Positions 29,190 through 37,001 of a stretch of 49,296 bases of DNA are shown one piece after another. Every line of letters starts with the position of its first letter. Within the stretch, counting starts at the first letter, position 1. A model generated the notes under the pieces. It saw only the letters and a list, made by a program, of their open reading frames with translations. It was not told the DNA's origin and did no database searches. The position numbers and the translations under genes were made by a program. The stretch lies in the sequence record SRR31156797_2902; one strand, 5' to 3'.

Positions 29190-30461
29190 ATGAAGAATAA
29201 AATTTTACTCCTATTGATAATAAGCTGTGGGTTTTTAACGGCCTTCGGGCAGGATATGAGTATTTATGGCTTTTACAAAGAGAATGGCGCCCCGCCACAA
29301 GACTTTGTAGTGCTTGCACAAATGGATCCATTAACCGGTTCGTTTTATGAATTAGATACCATAAATCAGATTTATGCCTATGCATTGTCATCCTCAACTT
29401 TTGATCAAACCAACAAGTATTTTATTTTTAAAGGCATTGACTCCGGCAACGTGATGAAACTCATATCAAGAGATGTGGCAAACAACACAACGGTTTATAC
29501 CACTGAAAACGATTTTACCATCAACGACTTTCAGTACGATATGAATACCCAAAAACTTTATGCATTAGGGAATTATATTGTTGATTCGGTTTTGATTGAC
29601 ACGCTGAATGGCGGCACTTACATGTATGAATATGCCTCTAATTTAATGGCGATGGATATTGCTACCGGTGAATCAGAAGTTGTGGGACAGCTCCCAAACC
29701 TGCGGGCATTTCCGGCAGGTAATTCAACTTTTGATGCTAACAACGGCCATTATATCGTTTGCGGATATGATTCTACTTACACAAACCGCATTTTTGTCAT
29801 CGACACCGATACCGGACAATCCATCCTTGAAACACCAGTATCGCTGCTGCCAGGCGAATATTTAAATGAGTTGGAATACAACAATGAAGACAACACCCTT
29901 TATGGAATTTACCGGAACAACAATGTAAATTTAATGGGAATTGCATCAGTAGATTTAGAAACCGGCGATATTACTGTAATTGAAATACTTGAAGATGCTT
30001 TTGCATTTACACCGGGTGCTTCTGTTTTTGATCAAATGAGCCAGACTTTCATTTTTTACTATTTTGATGCGTTAAATCAAACGCGTTTGTTAACCTATGA
30101 CGTTGCTGAAGAAGTAGAGATTTCAAATGTCGACGTTGATGGTTACTTCACTGAAATTGAAGTTGACAACTCAGCATATGCTGTTTTGAAATATGGGACA
30201 ACATCAGTTTCCGCAAGGAGTAGTAAGCATGAAATGCTTGAGGTTTACCCCAATCCGGCCACATCGCATTTCCATGTTTATTGCGAACAAAAATTCAGCA
30301 ACATAAAAGTTTACGACCTGACGGGTAAGGAGGTTTATCAATCCAGTTGTGTGAAACGAAACGAAGAAACCATTGCTTTACAGCAGTTTGATCCGGGCAT
30401 TTATTTCGTAAGGGTTGAAACAGGAATCCAGGTCCACACTACCAAAGTTGTTATCGAGTAA
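29190..30461 (+). CDS. T9SS type A sorting-domain protein (probable beta-propeller)
   Basis: Signal peptide; C-terminal domain 'VYPNPA...VYDLTGK...GIYFVRV...KVVIE'. Confidence 0.9.
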   Translation: MKNKILLLLIISCGFLTAFGQDMSIYGFYKENGAPPQDFVVLAQMDPLTGSFYELDTINQIYAYALSSSTFDQTNKYFIFKGIDSGNVMKLISRDVANNTTVYTTENDFTINDFQYDMNTQKLYALGNYIVDSVLIDTLNGGTYMYEYASNLMAMDIATGESEVVGQLPNLRAFPAGNSTFDANNGHYIVCGYDSTYTNRIFVIDTDTGQSILETPVSLLPGEYLNELEYNNEDNTLYGIYRNNNVNLMGIASVDLETGDITVIEILEDAFAFTPGASVFDQMSQTFIFYYFDALNQTRLLTYDVAEEVEISNVDVDGYFTEIEVDNSAYAVLKYGTTSVSARSSKHEMLEVYPNPATSHFHVYCEQKFSNIKVYDLTGKEVYQSSCVKRNEETIALQQFDPGIYFVRVETGIQVHTTKVVIE

Positions 30462-30476
30462 TTTAAAATTCTGCTC

Positions 30477-30508
30477 ATGCCTCACAAGTTCTTCGAGGCA
30501 TTTGTTGT
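30477..30508 (+). terminator. Possible weak terminator
   Basis: atgcctc-N11-gaggcat followed by ttgttg. Confidence 0.35.
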
Positions 30509-30582
30509 TCGGCACATTGGTAAAAGTGTTTACAAGCATCAGGAAATGTATTATTTTTATGCTTGCTAAAAGCAATTAAAAA

Positions 30583-30963
30583 GTGAAATCAAGATCCAAC
30601 TTAAGTACGATTCTCAAAATCATATCCTGCTCCATTTTAGGACTGTTTGGAATATTGGTTTTTATATTTGCTCTGCTTTCGGGGTCTGAAACTTACGGCG
30701 GCGGATTTATTGGCATCGTAAAAAACAGCCCAAATGCCCTCCCCTACCTGTTGCTCCTTGTTTTGATTTATGTTGGTTGGAAATGGCCGCTCATTGGTGG
30801 GATCTTGATAACATTGTTGGGGTTTGGTTTACTTTATTTTTTTGGGATTTTTAGTGCGAACTGGAAAGCTATTCCATTTTTCGTAGGTATGATCCCGATT
30901 GTTTTTGGGGGATTATTGATCTACAGTTGGGGACTCACAAGGAAGCAAAACCACTCCATTTAA
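30583..30963 (+). CDS. Small 4-TM membrane protein
   Basis: 126 aa, GTG start, four hydrophobic helices, 'NSPNALP', 'WKWPLIGG'. Confidence 0.75.
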   Translation: MKSRSNLSTILKIISCSILGLFGILVFIFALLSGSETYGGGFIGIVKNSPNALPYLLLLVLIYVGWKWPLIGGILITLLGFGLLYFFGIFSANWKAIPFFVGMIPIVFGGLLIYSWGLTRKQNHSI

Positions 30964-30972
30964 ACTGGTCAA

Positions 30973-31335
30973 ATGACTGTCGAATATCAATTCACAGTAA
31001 AAAAAGGGCGCCCTCTTTGTAGAAGCATCAGGTGAGAATGATGGCCTGCAGGAGGTTTTGGATTACGCAAAAGCAATCATACATGAGGGCATTAAGCAAA
31101 ACTGCAAAAAGATCATTTGTGATTAACGAAATCTGATTTACAGGCTTAGCATGGCCGATACATTTGAACTGGCCAAAACACAGCCTTTGCTGCACCAAAA
31201 ATTGCCAGAACCGCCATCATAACTCAACCGGAGTATGAGGAGATCATCGAATTCTGGCAAACAGTTGCACTTAACAGGGGTTTGAACATTCAAGTATTTT
31301 TTAATCCCGAAGATGTTTTTGACTGGTTATCATAA
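30973..31335 (+). pseudogene. STAS/SEC14 (SpoIIAA-like) protein pseudogene
   Basis: Hand reconstruction: MTVEYQFTVKK / GALFVEASGENDGLQEVLDYAKAIIHEGIKQNCKKIICD*RNLIYRLSMADTFELAK / TAFAAPKIARTAIITQPEYEEIIEFWQTVALNRGLNIQVFFNPEDVFDWLS*. Frameshifts near 31005 and 31180; TAA at 31124-31126. Confidence 0.8.
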
Positions 31336-31443
31336 TTCCACCTTTTTTGTGCCTTCCCAGTTCCCTAAACCACTTTAAAATTTCACATCACTACATGTTT
31401 AGTAATTAATTCTCAACATTTTTCATTATTATTCAGTTTTTTA

Positions 31444-31451
31444 TATTTTTG
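31444..31451 (+). promoter_or_regulatory. Bacteroidota -7 element (TATTTTTG) for the EF-G2 gene
   Basis: Exact TAnnTTTG about 60 nt upstream of the ATG. Confidence 0.55.
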
Positions 31452-31513
31452 TGCCCCTCAAAAAACAGTGGTGAACCACAGGTTTTAATCATTTAAATAT
31501 TTACTAGGTAAAG

Positions 31514-33652
31514 ATGAAAGTATATCAAACAGACGAAATCCGTAACATTGCCCTCGTTGGGGGAGCAAAGTCGGGTAAGACCACCCTCTCGGAATGTATG
31601 ATTTTCGAGGGCGGACTGATTAACAGAAGAGGCTCAGTAGATGATAAGAATACCGTTTCCGACTACAGGGAAATTGAGCACGAGCGTCAGAATTCAGTAT
31701 CTTCAACAGTGCTTTTTGCAGAGTATCAGGGAAAGAAAATCAACATCATCGACACTCCCGGTTTCGATGATTTCGTGGGTGAGGTTATCTCAGCGCTTAA
31801 AGTAGCTGATACGGGCGTGATGGTGATCAATGCACAAAACGGCGTTGAGGTTGGAGCAGAAATCAGTTGGCGATATACATCCAAAGTAAATACACCTGTG
31901 ATTTTTGCTATCAATCATCTGGAACATGAGAAATCAAACTTCAACGAAACCCTCCGCCAGTTGAAAGCACAATTTGGCAGCAATGTAACTGTTTGTCAGT
32001 ATCCTGTAAATGCAGGCATTGGCTTTAACCAGGTTGTTGACCTCATCAAGATGAAAATGTACAAATTTCCTGAAGATGGTGGCACACCTGAAATTCTTGA
32101 CATTCCGGATTCAGAAAAAGATCAGGCCGAAGAATTGCAGGGTGAACTGATCGAAAAAGCAGCCGAAAGTAATGAAGATTTGATGGAAGTGTTCTTCGAA
32201 AACGGAACACTTACAGAAGAGGAGATGATTGGTGGTATTAAAGAAGGTTTGAAAACCAGGGGGATGTTCCCGGTTTTCTGCATCAACGCCAAACACAACA
32301 TGGGCGTTGGCCGCCTGATGGAATTCATCAACAATTCGGCACCTGCACCAAATGAAATGCCTGCGGTTAAAACAGTTAACGGTAAAGAATTTGCCTGCGA
32401 CCCATCAAAAGATACTTCATTGTTTGTTTTCAAAACCGTGATTGAATCTCACCTCGGAGAGGTTTCTTTCTTTAAGGTGTATAACGGTGAGATAACCGAA
32501 GGTACTGACCTTGTAAACGGCACCAACGACACCAAAGAAAGGCTTTCACAACTTTTCGCCATGGCAGGAAAGAAAACCCGTGAAAAGCTTCCAAAGATCG
32601 TTGCCGGTGATATTGGGTCAACCATTAAACTGAAAAATACAGCAACCAACGAAACCCTCAGCCTTCCAAAAAATGCTGAAGACATCATCGAGCCAATCAC
32701 ATTCCCGGCTCCTAAAATGACCATGGCTGTAAAGGCTGTGAATACTGCTGACGACGAAAAACTTGGTGCCGTACTAAACCAAATGCATAAAGTTGATAAA
32801 ACTTTCCGCATCAGCTACTCTAAAGAGTTGCGCCAGATGATTGCCGGTGGTATGGGCGAACTTCACCTGAACCTGATCAAGTGGATGGTTGAAAACCTGG
32901 AGAAAGTTCCATTGGAGTATTTCGCACCGAAAATTCCTTACAGAGAAACCATTACTAAAAGCGCGAAAGCTACTTACCGCCACAAGAAGCAGTCAGGTGG
33001 TGCCGGCCAGTTTGGCGAGGTACACATGATGATCGAGCCATACACCGAAGGAATGACCTACACCAAAGAGTTTCCTGTTCGTGGAACTGAGGAAGTTAAG
33101 CTGGAATGGGGTGGAAAACTGATCATGAACAACTGTATTGTTGGTGGAGCCATCGATGCACGTTTCATGCCGGCCATCCTCAAAGGTTTGATGGAAAAGA
33201 TTGAAGACGGCCCACTCACAGGTTCTTACGCGCGTGATATTGTTGCATATATTTACGATGGTAAAATGCACCCGGTGGATTCAAACGAACTTTCGTTTAA
33301 ACTGGCTGCTAGGCATGCTTTTAGAGAAGCTTTTAAAAATGCCGGCCCAAAAATCCTTGAACCTATTTATGATGTTGAGGTGATTGTACCAGAGGAGAAG
33401 ATGGGTGATGTAATGACCGACCTTCAGGGACGTCGTGCCATCATCATGGGAATGGATGCCGATGGAAACTACCAGCACATCAAAGCCAAGGTGCCTTTGG
33501 CAGAAATGAACAGGTATTCAACTGCTTTGAGCTCAATTACCAGTGGCCGTGCCATGTATTCGCTAGAATTTGCCGAATACGCACCTGTTCCTGGTGACGT
33601 TCAAACACAATTGCTCAAAGAATACGAAGAGCAACAAGCTGAAGAAGAATAG
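31514..33652 (+). CDS. fusA2: Elongation factor G paralog (EF-G2 type)
   Basis: 'IRNIALVG', atypical G1 'GGAKSGKT', G3 'DTPGFDDF', G4 'NHLE', 'GMGELHL', 'YRETI', 'KKQSGGAGQFGEV', 'DGKMHPVDS', 'ILEPI'. No rpsL/rpsG/tuf nearby. Confidence 0.92.
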   Translation: MKVYQTDEIRNIALVGGAKSGKTTLSECMIFEGGLINRRGSVDDKNTVSDYREIEHERQNSVSSTVLFAEYQGKKINIIDTPGFDDFVGEVISALKVADTGVMVINAQNGVEVGAEISWRYTSKVNTPVIFAINHLEHEKSNFNETLRQLKAQFGSNVTVCQYPVNAGIGFNQVVDLIKMKMYKFPEDGGTPEILDIPDSEKDQAEELQGELIEKAAESNEDLMEVFFENGTLTEEEMIGGIKEGLKTRGMFPVFCINAKHNMGVGRLMEFINNSAPAPNEMPAVKTVNGKEFACDPSKDTSLFVFKTVIESHLGEVSFFKVYNGEITEGTDLVNGTNDTKERLSQLFAMAGKKTREKLPKIVAGDIGSTIKLKNTATNETLSLPKNAEDIIEPITFPAPKMTMAVKAVNTADDEKLGAVLNQMHKVDKTFRISYSKELRQMIAGGMGELHLNLIKWMVENLEKVPLEYFAPKIPYRETITKSAKATYRHKKQSGGAGQFGEVHMMIEPYTEGMTYTKEFPVRGTEEVKLEWGGKLIMNNCIVGGAIDARFMPAILKGLMEKIEDGPLTGSYARDIVAYIYDGKMHPVDSNELSFKLAARHAFREAFKNAGPKILEPIYDVEVIVPEEKMGDVMTDLQGRRAIIMGMDADGNYQHIKAKVPLAEMNRYSTALSSITSGRAMYSLEFAEYAPVPGDVQTQLLKEYEEQQAEEE

Positions 33653-33672
33653 TAATCAGAAATTATATTATG

Positions 33673-33707
33673 AAAGCCCGTCCATCATTGGCCGGGCTTT
33701 TTTATTT
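33673..33707. terminator. Rho-independent terminator (likely bidirectional)
   Basis: aaagcccg-N12-cgggcttt followed by tttattt, between convergent genes. Confidence 0.8.
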
Positions 33708-34679
33708 CAGATGCCTGGAGTTGAGATATCCAATAAAAAATCCATTATTCAGCATCAACTCACCACCTTCCATCCGGTAGATACGACAAGTAAATCTGGC
33801 CGAAAATTTAAAAATCCTGCCATCCTCATAAGTTGTGGGCACTTCCATAAAATCGATAATCTCAAAACTGCTTCCTGCCTGGTTTCCTGTATAATTTGAT
33901 GTTGAATATTCATTAAAATATTCGCCGGGAAATAAGATCGTCACTTCAAAACCATCCACTGCATTTTGGGAATACTTTTTTATCCCGGGTGAAAAAACTT
34001 GCGGAATATTTTCCAGACGCTCAACTCTGCCGGCTGAAATGGTAACGAGTTGAATCTCACTTAAGTTTTCTGTAGCTTGTTTCTGTATGCTGCTATTTAT
34101 CAAAAATCCTGTGCCGGTTTTGATGTTTCTATTTGTGGGCAAGTAATAAACATCGTCCTGGGTATAATCATAGCGTACCCCATCAATATCATACCTGATC
34201 TTCGCAGCTGAAAAAATATTGGTTGGGCTTTGGTTGATAATCATCGTGAAATAATGATCAGTAAGTTCTCCGGAAAATTCATCTGCAACAATAAGCTTTC
34301 CATGGCAAAGCTCGGGAGAAATAAACATGCCGTTCAAACTGCCGCCGTCAGGAAAATCTATGCTGAAGATCCTGTTTGAAATTCCTGAAAGCCCGGAGCT
34401 GCTGGTAAAAAACCTTTGTTTAAAACCTTTTCCTGAAACATACCCCACCTGGCACTCCCTGACAACGGGCACAGAATCCAGGTTTTCAACCTGAAACGAC
34501 AACAATTTGGTTTGTGAGGAACTGCCGTGCCACAGGCCTTCATATCTCAAGTCGTCTGGATCAACAGGATTTCGTGGCAATGATATATCTACGTCACATG
34601 CTGAAAATACCAGGGTTGCGAAAAGGAGTATACTAAATACACCCCAGGTTTGATATGATTTTGATCCTGATGAGAACAT
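33702..34679 (-). CDS. Hypothetical lipoprotein
   Basis: Long ORF; lipobox-like 'LVFSAC'; 'YEGLWHG' beta-rich. Likely start ATG 34679, just after the mnmA stop. Confidence 0.7.
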   Translation of the reverse strand: MFSSGSKSYQTWGVFSILLFATLVFSACDVDISLPRNPVDPDDLRYEGLWHGSSSQTKLLSFQVENLDSVPVVRECQVGYVSGKGFKQRFFTSSSGLSGISNRIFSIDFPDGGSLNGMFISPELCHGKLIVADEFSGELTDHYFTMIINQSPTNIFSAAKIRYDIDGVRYDYTQDDVYYLPTNRNIKTGTGFLINSSIQKQATENLSEIQLVTISAGRVERLENIPQVFSPGIKKYSQNAVDGFEVTILFPGEYFNEYSTSNYTGNQAGSSFEIIDFMEVPTTYEDGRIFKFSARFTCRIYRMEGGELMLNNGFFIGYLNSRHLK

Positions 34680-34687
34680 AGTGGTTC

Positions 34688-35755
34688 TTATGCGGTTATC
34701 ACGCCACTGCCCAGACATAGCTTTTCATCTGAAGAATACACAACGCCGAATTGTCCCGGAGCCACGCCCTGCAGAGGTTTATCAGAATAGATGATGTGCC
34801 TGCCGTTTTCCTGTATCATCTCCCCATTATTAAATTCAGGCTGGTGCCGGATTTTAAACTTCACCTTTTGTTTTAATGAATAATCACGATCAGGCCTCTC
34901 ATTGATAAATTCGAAATGTGCCAGGTTGACTATTTCCTTGTATTGGGTTTCGGGATCGTAACCGTTAGAAACATAAACCACATTCTCATCCAGGTTTTTA
35001 TCAACCACAAACCACGGTCCCTGGCTCAATCCAAGACCTTTGCGCTGGCCAATGGTATGAAACCAGATACCATGATGCTCACCCAAAATTTTGCCGGTTT
35101 CAAGTTCCACAATTTTACCTGGTCTTTCACCCACGTACCGCTTAATAAAATCATTGTAGTTGATCTTTCCCAAAAAGCATATTCCCTGGCTATCTTTTCT
35201 GGTTGCCGATGGAAGCCCGGCTTCGGCGGCTTTTTCACGTACCTGGCTTTTCACCATTTCACCGAGTGGAAAGGTGAGTTTTGATAATTGCTGTTTGCTG
35301 ATCTGTCCAAGAAAATAGGTTTGATCCTTAAAGGCATCTTTTGCTGTTGCCAGATATTTTTCACCGTCTATTTCAGTAGTTGAAGCATAATGGCCTGTTG
35401 AAATCAGGTCGAAGTCCAGCCCGTACTTTTCTTCAAATGATCCGAATTTGATCATTTTATTACACATCATATCCGGATTTGGTGTAAGCCCTTTTTTTAC
35501 GGATTCGATGGTATATGAAATCACACGGTCCCAGTATTCTTCCTGCAATGAAATCACATCATATTTCAAACCATACTTTTTGGCAATGTATGTTACAATC
35601 TCAATGTCTTCATCGGCAGGGCAACTCACCCAGGCCGGGTCATTTTCGAGCCCTATTTTAATATAAAAAATATGAGGTTCAAAACCCTGCTCTTTCAGTA
35701 AATGTACCGTCAGAGAGCTATCGACACCCCCTGACACAAGTGATGCAATTTTCAT
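34688..35755 (-). CDS. mnmA: tRNA-specific 2-thiouridylase
   Basis: 'SGGVDS', 'TPNPDMMCN..IKFG', 'TGHYA', 'KDQTYFL', 'DSQGICF', 'TIGQRKGL', 'APGQ'. TATTTTTG -7 element at 35791-35798 (minus). Confidence 0.96.
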   Translation of the reverse strand: MKIASLVSGGVDSSLTVHLLKEQGFEPHIFYIKIGLENDPAWVSCPADEDIEIVTYIAKKYGLKYDVISLQEEYWDRVISYTIESVKKGLTPNPDMMCNKMIKFGSFEEKYGLDFDLISTGHYASTTEIDGEKYLATAKDAFKDQTYFLGQISKQQLSKLTFPLGEMVKSQVREKAAEAGLPSATRKDSQGICFLGKINYNDFIKRYVGERPGKIVELETGKILGEHHGIWFHTIGQRKGLGLSQGPWFVVDKNLDENVVYVSNGYDPETQYKEIVNLAHFEFINERPDRDYSLKQKVKFKIRHQPEFNNGEMIQENGRHIIYSDKPLQGVAPGQFGVVYSSDEKLCLGSGVITA

Positions 35756-35805
35756 TGTTTCTCCGGTAAGTTTCTATGAATTATAACGTGCAAAAATACA
35801 AAGGA

Positions 35806-36981
35806 TTACATTAGCTTTTGGTAAGCCTTCCACCAACGGTCGGGGATGTCATTGTCGCAGGCATCCAAATAATCTTTGTATGAGCACGGAACCATGATAT
35901 GACGGGATAGTTCCTTTTCTTTTTCACGGTTTACAGGTAGCTCCATCCACCAGCGGTCGGTTGTTTTGCTTTTATAAAAAATCAGGTCGCTTTCCTGGCT
36001 TGATGTATTCACAATGTATTTAACAAACCCGGATTTATCTTCACCCGGATAATCAGCAATGCGGTTTGAAAAACCGTCGAGAAAATACCAAATCAATTGT
36101 GCAACAAGATGTGCTGTTTGTCCGCGCCGGTCAAAAATTGGATTGGCTTCAAAAAACCCAATACATGATAATTTTGATGACAAGCCCGCATAACGCATAA
36201 GCTGGCAGGCCTCTTCACCGTAAAATCCATTAGGGGAAGCATTTCCACATCCCGGCGCATCAGATTGCCGGATGGATGACACATCAAATGACAAAAAATC
36301 AGCGTTCCGCAGGGTTGGCTCAGTATCCTCAAGGTTTTCCCGCACCTCGCCCAACCGGATGGCATCAAAATATAACCGGTCCAGATGTTTTAAATCTTCA
36401 TGGTTGGTGAAGTAGGTCTGATAGCCTATATTTGAAAAATTAAACAGGTAATTGGGTTTTCTGTAAAAAATCTTCGAGAGATAATTTTCGGCATCAATCT
36501 CCCCTGTTTTTTGATTATGATCAATTTTTGCGTCAACGCCTACCAGGTTTATGATACGATCGACAGCTTCAAAACCCAGGTAAACAGGAAAAGTAAGATC
36601 CTGACTTCCACCCAAAACAAGAGGAATTGTGCCGGCTTCCAACAGCTGCTGTATTGTAGATTGAACAGCAAAATAGGTGTCACTTACTTCACTCCCTGCA
36701 GGAATATTCCCCAGGTCTCCAATTATAATTTCTTTTTTTCCTGATTTTAATTGATAAAGATATTTCCTGATTTGATCAGGCGCTGCAGAAGCACCTTCAT
36801 TTAGGGGAGCGTTCCTGTCTTCATGAACACCAAAAATTGCAATATCCAACTTCTTTAGTTCTTCATCTGCGAAATCAGTTGAAGGGTGAATAATCCTGTC
36901 ACCAATCCTGTCAGATTTTTCGTCGGGGATAAATTCAACCTTGTCCAGGTCAACATTTTCGAAATACAGCGAAATTTCCAT
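35806..36981 (-). CDS. Arginase/formimidoylglutamase-fold protein
   Basis: 'APDQIRKYLYQL', 'DLGNI', 'LGGSQDLT', 'NIGYQTYF', 'SPNGFYGEE'; metal ligands degenerate. Confidence 0.82.
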   Translation of the reverse strand: MEISLYFENVDLDKVEFIPDEKSDRIGDRIIHPSTDFADEELKKLDIAIFGVHEDRNAPLNEGASAAPDQIRKYLYQLKSGKKEIIIGDLGNIPAGSEVSDTYFAVQSTIQQLLEAGTIPLVLGGSQDLTFPVYLGFEAVDRIINLVGVDAKIDHNQKTGEIDAENYLSKIFYRKPNYLFNFSNIGYQTYFTNHEDLKHLDRLYFDAIRLGEVRENLEDTEPTLRNADFLSFDVSSIRQSDAPGCGNASPNGFYGEEACQLMRYAGLSSKLSCIGFFEANPIFDRRGQTAHLVAQLIWYFLDGFSNRIADYPGEDKSGFVKYIVNTSSQESDLIFYKSKTTDRWWMELPVNREKEKELSRHIMVPCSYKDYLDACDNDIPDRWWKAYQKLM

Positions 36982-37001
36982 TTAGCTCTATTTGTTGCAA
37001 T

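Noticed and set aside
30999-31008. A7-GGG run as a programmed frameshift site
   Set aside because: The same gene has a second frameshift and an in-frame TAA, so decay is the simpler explanation.
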